Below are positions 1-10,200 of a DNA stretch of 26,148 bases, one piece after another (position 1 is the first letter of the stretch; each line of letters starts with the position of its first letter). The position numbers and the translations under genes were made by a program. Below the pieces are notes generated by a model that was given only the letters and a program-made list of their open reading frames with translations, was not told the origin of the DNA and searched no databases. The stretch is from Alphaproteobacteria bacterium. GTDB lineage: Bacteria > Pseudomonadota > Alphaproteobacteria > UBA6615. Where the stretch lies: positions 1-26,148 of the forward strand of contig CBDHEC010000007.1 of assembly GCA_965261975.1 (NCBI GenBank), given 5' to 3'.

Positions 1-2
1 GC

Positions 3-170
3 AAGAGACTGCTCTCGCATTGCCAACATGCGATTTATCTCCGCAAGCCGTTCCGCAAGCAGGTTTTCGGCGAGCATCTGGCGATGGCCCTCAACGCCAC
101 GCTCTTCAAGCGGCCAAAGAAGACCGGCGGGTCGCAGGAACAGCCAGACGCGACAGCAGCCAAGGCCTGA
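3..170 (+). CDS. 3' fragment of a gene entering from the left edge; probably the end of a response-regulator receiver domain
   Basis: Not in the ORF track. Frame 3 is open from base 3 to TGA 168-170 and reads KRLLSHCQHAIYLRKPFRKQVFGEHLAMALNATLFKRPKK...AAKA*. YLxKPF followed by an amphipathic helix is the typical receiver beta5-KP-alpha5 end. Confidence 0.5.
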   Translation, partial: KRLLSHCQHAIYLRKPFRKQVFGEHLAMALNATLFKRPKKTGGSQEQPDATAAKA

Positions 171-188
171 GGCGCGCCGGGCGTCCAG

Positions 189-1047
189 TCAGGCGGCAAC
201 GCCCGATCCGTCCATGCCGACGCATGAAATCGGCGAACACGCCGACGATCTCGGGCTCCAGATCACGCCACTCGGTGAACGGGATGACCGGCTCGTCCGA
301 ATCCTCGATCGGAAGCATGTGTAACTCGCTGCCCGGAATCAGGGTGTGGACTTTCTGGCCAACACGCGAATCATGCACCCGGTCGTTGCCCGGAATGATG
401 ACCGAGGGCGCAGAAAGCGAACCCAGTTCGGCCTCGCTGACGCCGAATACAGGCAGGTCCGACCCGGCCATGAACAAATCCCGTAACTTTGTCTGGATAT
501 CGATGAACGTCTCCGCCGACATTTCCATCAGTCGCTTGCGGTTGTCGGCATTTGCGGCGATCCGTTCGGCATATTCAGGTGTCGCACACACGGCTTCCAT
601 GCCGCCGGCCTGCGCCGCGCGAATGAACTGATCGTAATAGGCCTCCGGCAAGCGGCCGGCTGCGAACGCACCACCGGTGACGCGCAGCAGGAGCAAGCCC
701 CGAAACGGCCTCGCGACGGCGCAGCGCAAAGAACAAGGCCGTGCGCGCGCCCGACGAAGACCCTCCGATGAACGCGGGGACCTCGCCCAGTTCGGACAAC
801 AGCGTGTGGAGGTCATCCGCCCAGACGGCTTCCTCCACCTCATCCGCGCTCATCAGAATATCCGAAGCCCCCGTGTTGCGGCGGTCATGCAGCAGGACAC
901 GAAAATCCCTCCGCCGATAATTTGCGCGCCATGGGCAGGAACTCGTCGTAACCGCGCCGGCCCTCCGGTGATCAGCGTCACCAGCGGCCCGCCATCCCCG
1001 ACAATCTCGTAGCGGAGATTGACGCCTCGAATTCTGATCGTTGCCAT
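189..1047 (-). CDS. Alpha/beta fold hydrolase, split by about four +1 homopolymer frameshifts (error or pseudogene)
   Basis: ATG at 1047 with a GAGGAG RBS. Joining frames at about 960, 903, 704 and 212 gives MATIRIRGVNLRYEIVGDGGPLVTLITGGRRGYDEFLPMARKLSAEGFRVLLHDRRNTGASD...GGSSSGART (GxSxG elbow)...IPGNDRVH...SGVAA* (TGA 189-191). The pieces lie in ORFs 853..1317, 575..853 and 106..843. Confidence 0.8.
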
Positions 1048-1067
1048 CGCTTTCTCCTCAGCACCAG

Positions 1068-1616
1068 CTACTCGGCGGCGGTCACCATCTTGCCGTCCGC
1101 ATCGAGTTTCAGGCCAGCGGCGGCAGCCTGATCGACGACTTCCTGAGGACGGCTGACAGTGGTGTTTTCGGTCCCGCCGATAATCACCAGCAGATGACCA
1201 TAGGTGTCCCCGACATTCTTGAAACTCCGCATCACACCCGCGGGTACAGAAATACAGTCCATCGGGCCAAGAACGACCTCTTCGCCGGCGTCCCCCTCGT
1301 TCCAGTAAACCGCCCACTGGCCGGAAATCGGAATGAAAACCTCTACTTCCTCGTCATGGGAGTGCATGGCCGAACCGTTATCCGGCTCAGCCCCGACATA
1401 GGCGACATTGAACCCCGTCGAATCGACGATTCCCGGCTGTGTGCCGGCATCCTCGGAGACCCCACGCCCGATGATCGAATAGATATCTCTCTGAAACCCC
1501 GGAATTCCCTGGGTAATCATCAATTGGGTATTGGCCTTCTGCTCGTCGAACATCGCGATACGCGAACGCATCTCATCCTGCGACATAACGACAATACCGT
1601 CTGATTTCTCGGTCAT
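1068..1616 (-). CDS. Cupin domain protein
   Basis: ATG at 1616 with a strong AGGAGGAGGA RBS (1621-1630). Cupin motif 1 GSAMHSHDEEVEVF and motif 2 ISVPAGVMRSFKN. Lies 20 bp upstream of the hydrolase, so probably an operon. Confidence 0.85.
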   Translation of the reverse strand: MTEKSDGIVVMSQDEMRSRIAMFDEQKANTQLMITQGIPGFQRDIYSIIGRGVSEDAGTQPGIVDSTGFNVAYVGAEPDNGSAMHSHDEEVEVFIPISGQWAVYWNEGDAGEEVVLGPMDCISVPAGVMRSFKNVGDTYGHLLVIIGGTENTTVSRPQEVVDQAAAAGLKLDADGKMVTAAE

Positions 1617-1832
1617 TCGCTCCTCCTCCTGGACAAGGCCATTATCCTGACACCCACCGCCCAAAGCCGACAAGCAAACAGTGGCGGGATACAATCGAGA
1701 ATAATCCTGTCGATTGGGGCGCCCACCGCGCTGGAACCAGCCTTTTTTGGCGTCGCCTGCTCTTGCGCCAAAGCCCGCAGCATGCTCCCTATTCGACGCA
1801 TTGATTACGTCAGGTTGATTCGGGGGATTTAC

Positions 1833-3060
1833 GTGGGCGATCTGTCAAAGAAAGCACTTAACATCGATGATCTGCGGCGTATGGCGAAGCGTCGCCTCAC
1901 CAAGGCCCTTTTCGATTTCTGCGATAAAGGAAGCGAAGACCAGATCGCCATGCGCGACAACCGGGCCGCGCTCGACCGGATCAAGCTCATGCCACGCGCA
2001 CCGCGCGACGTCTCGAAGCGCGACCCGGCGATCACCTTGCTGGGCAAACAGCATGATCTGCCGATCCTGATTGGACCGACAGGGCCGGCCGGTTTCGTCT
2101 GGTATCGCGGCGAGACCGCGCTGGCCCGCGCGGCCGCCAAGGCCAACATCCCGTTCACGCTCGCCAGCACCTCCAACACGGCCATGGAAAAGGTCATCGA
2201 GAATGGCGGCGGCACCCAGTGGTTCCAGCTTTACGTCTGGCGCAACCCCGAAGCCGCCTTTGTTACCGTTCAACGCGCGCTCGACGCCGGCTTCGAAGCC
2301 CTGGTCGTGGACCGTCGACTCTCCCGTCTACAACAACCGTGAAATCGACGTCCGCAACGGACTGGTCTTCCCGCCGCGCATTACCCGCAAGACCGTCATG
2401 GACAGTTTGCGCCATCCCCGCTGGCTGGTCGGTACGGCCGGCCGCTATTTCCTCAACGAAGGCCGCCTGCCCGCCTTCACAAACATTCATATTCCCGCGG
2501 AGGACAAGGCCGAGGCCACCGGTTATGTCTCGGCGAGCTCCGGCTCGTTCCTGAATCGCAATGACACCATGGGCTGGGACTACCTGCGCCGGTTGCGCGA
2601 TGTCTGGCCGCACAAGCTTCTGGTCAAGGGCATCCTTCACCCGGATGACGCCATCGATGCAGTCGATATGGGCGCCGACGGGATATTTGTCTCCAATCAC
2701 GCCGGCAATGTGAACGACACCGCCATCACGCCATGGGACGCGCTCCCGGCCATCGCCGAGGCAGTGGGAGGGCGAACCACGATCATCGCGGACAGCGGCG
2801 TACGGCGCGGCAGCGATGTGCTGAAAGGATTGGCGCTCGGCGCGGACGCCATCGCGATCGGCCGGGCCACACTCTATGGCGTCGGCGCCGCCGGGGAAGC
2901 CGGCGCTGCCCGCGCGCTGGACATCCTCGATGCGGAGATCCGGCGTACCATGGCGGTGATGGGTGTCAACGACATCGCATCCATCACCCGCGAGAATATT
3001 CGTCTGCCGGGGCAACTTCCCGTTTCGGGCAACGGTTCGCCGGTGATTTCAGATTCCTAG
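1833..3060 (+). CDS. FMN-dependent alpha-hydroxy-acid oxidase/dehydrogenase family protein (LldD/MdlB/MftD-like), with one frameshift at about 2310
   Basis: GTG at 1833 after GGGGG. Family motifs ALNIDDLRRMAKRRL, WFQLYV, TVD, LLVKGILHPDDA, SNH, DSGVRRGSDVLKGLALGA, IGRA. ORFs 1782..2342 and 2071..3060 join if one G is removed from gtgGacc (2309-2310), restoring ALVVTVDSP. Confidence 0.9.
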
Positions 3061-3076
3061 AGAGGGAGAGTAGTCG

Positions 3077-4474
3077 ATGGCACTGCATGACAAGAAATCG
3101 ATCCAGCACAAGATCGAGGACCAGGTTTACGCCTCCGTGGATCTATCGGTGAGCTTGCCGAAATATCAGTTCCCCGAAGATGAACAGGAGCCCCGCCATG
3201 CCTATGCGGTGGTCCGCGACGAACTGATGCTCGATGGCAATGCGCGCCAGAACCTGGCGACATTCTGCCAGACCTGGGAAGAGCCCGAACTGCACCAGCT
3301 CATGGACGATTGCATCAACAAGAACATGGTTGACAAGGACGAATACCCCTAGACGGCCGAAATCGAGGCGCGTTGTGTCCATATGCTGGGCGACCTCTGG
3401 CATTCACCGTCGGGCGCAAACACCGTCGGCTGTTCAACGGTAGGGTCGAGCGAGGCGGCCATGCTGGGCGGGATGGCCATGAAACGGCGTTGGGAGGCAA
3501 GCCGAAAGGCCGCCGGCAAACCCATCGACAAGCCGAACCTGATCACCGGGCCGGTCCAGGTCTGCTGGCACAAGTTCACCCGCTATTGGGATATCGAGCA
3601 TCGCGAGATCCCCATGGAAAACCGGCGGCTGCTGATGACGCCCGAGGAAGTGCTCGCACGGTGCGACGAAAACACGATCGGTGTCGTGCCCACGCTCGGG
3701 GTGACATTCAATGGTGTCTACGAACCTGTGAAAGATGTGGCGGACGCGCTCGACGGGTTGCAGGCCGAAACCGGTCTCGACATACCGATCCACGTTGACG
3801 GCGCCAGTGGCGCGTTCCTCGCTCCGTTCTGCGCACCCGAACTGGTCTGGGACTTTCGCCTGCCGCGCGTTAAGTCCATCAACGCATCAGGGCACAAATT
3901 TGGCCTGGCCCCGCTGGGTGTGGGCTGGGTCGCATGGCGAGAGGAGGCTGACCTTCCCGAAGACATGATCTTCTGGGTCAATTATCTCGGCGGCAACATG
4001 CGCGATATCGCGATCAACTTCTCGCGGCCCGGCGGGTCTGTGGTGTGCCAGCACTACAACTTCCTGCGCCTGGGCCGGGAGGGATATCGCAAGATACATT
4101 CTGCCTGCTACGACACCGCGCAGTACCTCGCCGGTGAGATCGCCAAGCTCGGGCCGTTCGAGATCATCTACGACGGAGATATGAGCAAGGGCATCCCGGC
4201 GCTGTGCTGGAAAATGAAAGACGGCGTCGACCCCGGCTTCAGTCTCTACGATCTCGCAGATCGTCTCAGCACGCGCGGCTGGCAAGTACCCGCCTACACA
4301 TTACCGGCAAACTGCGAGGATCAGGCGATTCAGCGAATCCTGGTCCGCCACGGCGTCAGCCGGGACCTTGCGTCTCTGTTGATGAACGATATCCAAAACG
4401 CACTCGACTACTTCAAGGACCATCCGGTGCACACACCGCTGACTCACGAAGAGGCGTCAGGCTTTCATCACTGA
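3077..4474 (+). pseudogene. gadB: Glutamate decarboxylase with an in-frame TAG at 3350-3352 (nonsense mutation or base-call error)
   Basis: [33 protein letters not shown] (family reads ..EYPQ..), [19 protein letters not shown]-lysine motif [18 protein letters not shown]-terminal GFHH. ORFs 3077..3352 and 3383..4474 are in the same frame. RBS AGAGGGAG. Confidence 0.9.
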
Positions 4475-5766
4475 TCGGTGGAGTTTGCCTTCACACTCCG
4501 CCCGGACACCCTGTGCAGCACGGACTCGACGAGAAAAGAGATCACAACGATCCCGCCCACTCCGAGCAACAGGAAGGGTGACGTGGTGCCAAGATGATAA
4601 GTACCCAGCGCGATTGCGGCGCCGGCGGACACAATGGCGAGAAGAACCAGCGTTTTCGACGCTCCGGTTTCATTGAGCAAACGCAGGTGCCCGACATGCA
4701 CCGTCAGGTGAATGAGCAGCATCGACAGCGCGCCGATAATCGCAATGGCTGATAGATCGAGAAATATGGCCAATGCCGCAATGATTACAGCACTTATGAT
4801 CAGTCCCTCGTGGTTGCTGCCCACGGGTCGGGCGAAGGCAGCGGGAAGTTCACCTTCCTTGGCCAGCTGATATGACACATTGGCGATTGCGTATAGTCCG
4901 GCATTAATCGCTGATGCCGTGGCAAACAGGGCCGTGATCGAAATGATCGTGAATCCGATATGCCCGAACACGGGACGCGCGGCCTCGGCCAGTGCAAAAT
5001 CCTTGGCGGCGATGACCTTTTCCGGCGGGAGATTGCCGAATACAACGACAGCGATGCCCACGTAAACGATCATCACCAGGACGATCGACGTGATGATAGC
5101 GCGCGGCAACATCCGGACCGGGTCGCGCATATCTGCCGCCGCATTGGTAATGAAACGGAACCCCTCATAAGCAAAAAAAGTAAGGGCAACCGTGGAAAGA
5201 ATACTGGTGACAGGGGGATAGGATGACGGCGCCAACCGCTCGGGTGTAATGAACGTCATCCCGACGACCGCGAAAATCACCAGCACCGACAATTTGGCAA
5301 CCACGATGATGTTCTCGATGCGGGTCATCGAGCGCGCGCCGGCAAGGTTGATCGCGGCGAACAGCAGGACAACCGCACCGGCGAATATCTCCACCATGAA
5401 CTTGGGGGCACTGGCCGGGAGCAACGCGTCCGCATAGGAGCCGAAGGTCCGCGCCACCAGAGAAATGGACACGAGCGCGGAGATATACATCATCAAGCTC
5501 ATGGCGCCGGAGAACCGGCCCGACCCGAAACCGCGCACGAGATACTCAACGATGCCGCCCGCGGCCGGATAGCGCGCGCCCAGGCGCCCCATGGAATAGC
5601 CGCTGAGCAACGCAATGCCGCCGGCGATCACGAACGAAATATAGACCGCGCTCGCCGCAATGGCGCCAGCCTGGCCGAGGAGCGCAAAAATACCCGCCCC
5701 CACCATGGCGCCAATACCCATGGCGACGGCAGACCAGAAGGTTACTTCGTTATTGGGGTTTTTCAC
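4468..5766 (-). CDS. APC-superfamily amino acid permease
   Basis: 432 aa hydrophobic protein with multiple TM segments. TM1 motif [12 protein letters not shown]-x-AGG loop and TM6 motif FFAYEGF. GTG start. Confidence 0.9.
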   Translation of the reverse strand: MKNPNNEVTFWSAVAMGIGAMVGAGIFALLGQAGAIAASAVYISFVIAGGIALLSGYSMGRLGARYPAAGGIVEYLVRGFGSGRFSGAMSLMMYISALVSISLVARTFGSYADALLPASAPKFMVEIFAGAVVLLFAAINLAGARSMTRIENIIVVAKLSVLVIFAVVGMTFITPERLAPSSYPPVTSILSTVALTFFAYEGFRFITNAAADMRDPVRMLPRAIITSIVLVMIVYVGIAVVVFGNLPPEKVIAAKDFALAEAARPVFGHIGFTIISITALFATASAINAGLYAIANVSYQLAKEGELPAAFARPVGSNHEGLIISAVIIAALAIFLDLSAIAIIGALSMLLIHLTVHVGHLRLLNETGASKTLVLLAIVSAGAAIALGTYHLGTTSPFLLLGVGGIVVISFLVESVLHRVSGRSVKANSTDQ

Positions 5767-5844
5767 GGGAACCTCTCAGCTGACAGCGATGCCGCGAAAG
5801 GCCGCACCACTCGTGGACACCCGTCCCTGCCCGCGCGCAATTGT

Positions 5845-7266
5845 CTAGCGCGGCAACACCGAGCTGCCCATCAGGAATGCGTCGACCGCACGCGCGGCCT
5901 GGCGGCCTTCGCGGATGGCCCATACGACGAGCGACTGGCCGCGGCGCATGTCTCCAGCCGTGAATATCTTGTCCCGCGATGTCCGATAGGCTTCGGTATC
6001 TGCCTTCACGTTCCCGCGTTCATCAAGATCGACACCAAGCTCGCGCAGCATGCCTTCGGCCACCGGGTGCAGGAAGCCCATGGCCAACAAGACGAGATCG
6101 GCCTTGAGCTCGAACTCACTGCCCGGCACCGGCTGGAACTTCTCGTCGACCCGCTGGCAGTTGATGTGGGTTACATGCCCGTTCTCTCCACCGATACTGG
6201 TGGTGGTCACCGAAAAATCACGCTCCGCACCTTCGGCCTGGCTCGACGATGTCCGCATCTTGAGCGGCCAATGGGGCCATGTCAGGCCCTTGTTTTCCTT
6301 CTCGGGCGGCTCCGGCATGATCTCAAGCTGGACAACCGATAATGCGCCCTGTCGGATCGACGTTCCGATGCAGTCGGAACCGGTGTCACCGCCGCCGATG
6401 ACCACGACGTTTTTCTCGGTGGCCAGGATCGGTTCAACGTCACCATCCTGATTGCTTCCGGCCACACGACGGTTCTGCTGCGGCAGAAATTCCATCGCGA
6501 AATGGACACCCTCCAGATCTCGTCCATCGACAGGCAGGTCGCGCGGCGTTTCCGAGCCGCCGCAGAGCAGAACAGCGTCATGCTGAGCATCGAGTTCGGC
6601 CGCGGTGATATCCACGCCCACATGCACACCACAATGCAGCGTCACGCCTTCGGCAACCATTTGCTCGGCGCGCCTGTCGATCAGGTGCTTCTCCATCTTG
6701 AAATCGGGGATGCCGAAGCGCAGCAATCCGCCGATCGCCTCGTTCTTCTCAAACAGATGCACATCATGGCCCACACGTGCGAGCTGCTGGGCGGCGGCCA
6801 TGCCTGCCGGGCCCGCACCAACGATCGCGACCTTCTTGCCGGTTTTTGTGTCCGGAATCTGAGGGACAATCCATCCCTCTTCCCAGGCCTTGTCGACGAT
6901 CGCGCATTCGATCGTCTTGATGGTGACCGGGTTATCGTCAATGTTGAGTGTGCAGGCGGCCTCGCAGGGTGCGGGGCAAATCCGGCCGGTGAACTCCGGG
7001 AAGTTGTTCGTCGAATGCAGGTTGCGTGACGCCTCTTCCCAGTCTGCGTTGTAGACGAGATCGTTCCAGTCAGGGATCTGGTTATTCACCGGACAACCGT
7101 TGTGGCAGAACGGAATACCGCAATCCATGCAGCGCGCAGCCTGGCGTTCCAGATCACGCTCCTCGAGCGGAATCACGAACTCCTTGTAGTTCCGGATACG
7201 ATCCGCGGCCGGTTTGTAGGTGCGATCGTGTCGCTCGATCTCGATAAAACCCGTAACCTTGCCCAT
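5845..7266 (-). CDS. gltD: Glutamate synthase (NADPH) small subunit
   Basis: Starts MGKVTGF at ATG 7266, overlapping the gltB TAA (TAATG). Motifs [61 protein letters not shown]. Confidence 0.97.
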   Translation of the reverse strand: MGKVTGFIEIERHDRTYKPAADRIRNYKEFVIPLEERDLERQAARCMDCGIPFCHNGCPVNNQIPDWNDLVYNADWEEASRNLHSTNNFPEFTGRICPAPCEAACTLNIDDNPVTIKTIECAIVDKAWEEGWIVPQIPDTKTGKKVAIVGAGPAGMAAAQQLARVGHDVHLFEKNEAIGGLLRFGIPDFKMEKHLIDRRAEQMVAEGVTLHCGVHVGVDITAAELDAQHDAVLLCGGSETPRDLPVDGRDLEGVHFAMEFLPQQNRRVAGSNQDGDVEPILATEKNVVVIGGGDTGSDCIGTSIRQGALSVVQLEIMPEPPEKENKGLTWPHWPLKMRTSSSQAEGAERDFSVTTTSIGGENGHVTHINCQRVDEKFQPVPGSEFELKADLVLLAMGFLHPVAEGMLRELGVDLDERGNVKADTEAYRTSRDKIFTAGDMRRGQSLVVWAIREGRQAARAVDAFLMGSSVLPR

Positions 7267-10200
7267 TAACCCCTCCGCAAACCGATGTTCATTTCGCCGG
7301 TCTGCTCGACCTGCATTTCCTGCAGTGCACGGCGATACTCGACCGGCATGACCTTCACGAACTTCGGCAAATACTCTTCCCAATTGTCCAGAATCTGCTG
7401 CGCACGGGTCGACGCCGTGTAATGCGCGTGATTCTGGATCAGCTGACGTAAACGCTCGGCATCAAACCGGGTCATGTCGGACCCGACATCCACCAGACCG
7501 TGTGATTCATTGTCGGAGAGATGCAATTTCTCCATCTCCTCGGCCTCTCCCTCGATCGGCTCAAGGTCGACCATCGCGAGGTTGCATCGCCCCTCGAAAT
7601 CGCCTGCCTCATCGAGCACATACGCGATCCCGCCGGACATGCCCGCAGCAAAGTTGCGACCGGTGTCGCCGAGCACGACCACGATGCCGCCGGTCATATA
7701 CTCGCAGCCATGGTCACCGGTGCCTTCAACCACGGCGATCGCGCCGGAATTACGCACCGCGAAGCGCTCGCCGGCGATACCGCGGAAATAACATTCTCCC
7801 GTGACCGCGCCATACAGCACCGTGTTGCCGACAATCATGCTTTCATCGGGATTGATGCCGCTTTCCGGCGCCGGTCGCACGATAAGCTTGCCGCCCGAAA
7901 GGCCCTTGCCGACATAGTCATTGCCTTCACCCTCCAGATCGAGGGTCACGCCATGCGCCACCCACGCGCCGAAGCTTTGGCCCGCCACGCCCTTCAGCTT
8001 TATCCAGATCGTGTCTTCCGGCAGGCCGGCATGGCCGTATTTCTTCGCAATCTCACCCGACAGCATGGTGCCGGCGGTGCGATCGGTGTTCCGGATCGGG
8101 AATTCCGCCTGGACGGACGTGCCCTCCTCGAGGGCCGGCCGGGCCGCCTCGATGAATTTCCGATCCAGAATGTCCTTGATCGGATGGTCCTGGTCGATCG
8201 TGCGATGGATATCGACATGCGCGGCTTCGGCCGGCTTGAAGAATAGCTTCCCGAAATCCAGCCCCTTGGCCTTCCAATGGTCAATCGCGGCGTCCGTATC
8301 GAGCATATCGGTCTGACCGATCATCTCATTCACGGTCCGGAAGCCCATTGCGGCCATCATCTCGCGCACTTCCTCTGCGACATAGAAGAAGTAATTCACC
8401 ACATGCTCGGGCTTGCCCGTGAACTTCTTGCGCAGTTGCGGATCTTGCGTCGCAATGCCCACCGGGCAGGTGTTCAAATGGCATTTGCGCATCATGATGC
8501 ACCCCGACGCGATCAGCGGCGCGGTGGCAAAGCCGAATTCATCGGCCCCGAGCAACGCACCCACGACCACATCGCGGCCGGTCCGCAATCCGCCGTCGAC
8601 CTGCACCGAAATCCGCCCGCGCAGGTCATTCATCACGAGGGTTTGCTGGGTTTCGGCCAAACCGATCTCCCAGGGTGACCCTGCATGCTTGATCGACGTC
8701 AGCGGCGACGCGCCTGTCCCGCCTTCGAAGCCCGAAATCGTGACATGGTCGGCACGCGCTTTCGACACGCCCGCTGCAACCGTCCCCACGCCAACCTCGG
8801 AGACCAGCTTGACGCTGATATCGGCCTGGGCGTTCGTGTTTTTCAAATCAAAGATCAGCTGTGCCAGATCTTCGATCGAGTAAATATCGTGATGCGGTGG
8901 CGGCGATATGAGACCGACGCCAGCCGTCGAATGACGCACCTTGGCGATTACCGCGTCGACCTTGTGACCCGGCAGCTGTCCGCCCTCTCCGGGCTTTGCG
9001 CCCTGGGCCATCTTGATCTGAATCATGTCGGAGTTGACGAGATACTCGGTCGTCACGCCAAACCGGCCCGACGCGACCTGCTTGATCGCGGACCGCATGG
9101 AATCGCCGTTATCCATCGGGGTGAAGCGATCGACTTCCTCGCCACCCTCACCGGTATTCGACTTTCCGCCGATCCGGTTCATGGCAATGGCCAGGGTGGT
9201 GTGGGCTTCACGACTGATGGAGCCAAAGGACATCGCACCCGTCGCAAAACGCTTCACGATTTCCGCGGCCGGCTCGACCTCGTCGAGGGCCACCGGCTTG
9301 CGTCCGGCCTCCTCGGCAGATTTGAGCCGGAACAGCCCCCTCAGGGTCATGTGCGCCGCATCCTGCTCATTGATTGCCGCCGCATAGGTTCGATACTTGT
9401 CGGGCAGTTCGCCGCGTACGGCGTGCTGCAGATCCGCGACCGTCTGCGGGGTCCAGGCATGCTTTTCGCCGCGAATGCGGAACGCGTATTCCCCGCCCAC
9501 ATCGAGCGCCCCCTTGTAGACAGGGTCGTTGCCGAATGCCTGGGCGTGACGTTCCAGTGTCTCGCGCGCAATTTCTTCGAGCCCCACACCCTCGACGGCC
9601 GTGTGAGTTCCGGTGAAATACTTCTCAACGAATGACGACTTCAGACCGACCGCGTCGAATATCTGCGCACCGCAGTAGGACTGATAGGTCGAAATGCCCA
9701 TCTTCGACATGACCTTGAGCAAACCCTTGCAGAGCCCCTTGATGAAACTCCGGTTGATTTCCTCAATGGTGAGATCGTCGTCGAACTTGTCGCGCAGGTC
9801 TTCGAGCGTTTCGAAGGCGAGCCAGGGGTTGATCGCTTCGGCACCGAACCCGGCCAGGGTTGCGAAATGTTGAACCTCTCGCGCCTCTCCGGTCTCGACC
9901 ACGAGGCCCACTGAGGTGCGCAGGCCCTTGCGGATCAGATAGTGATGTACCGCCGATGTCGCCAGGAGCGACGGGATCGCGACGCGGTCCGGCCCGACCA
10001 GCCGGTCCGAGAGAATGATGATGTTGTAGCCCTGGCCGACACTCTCCTCGGCGCGCTTGCAGACATTCTCGATCGCTTCTTCCATGTATGCCGCACCGCG
10101 CGCCACGCCATAGGTGATATCGAGCGTCTGGGTCATGAACTGGTTGTCGGCAATGTCGCCGATTGCGCGAATTTTCTCCAAACCGCTATTGGAAATAATC

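Noticed and set aside
189-1047. Programmed frameshifting or phase variation in the hydrolase, oxidase or RidA
   Set aside because: The runs are only 2-4 nt, there are several per gene and no slippery heptamers; sequencing error is simpler.
3350-3352. Alternative genetic code or pyrrolysine at the gad TAG
   Set aside because: Several genes here end normally at TAG, there are no pyl genes or suppressor tRNA in the window, and the position is a Gln in the family.
7267-7383. N-terminal extension of gltD in the ORF track
   Set aside because: It overlaps gltB; the conserved MGK start at 7266 is translationally coupled to the gltB stop.
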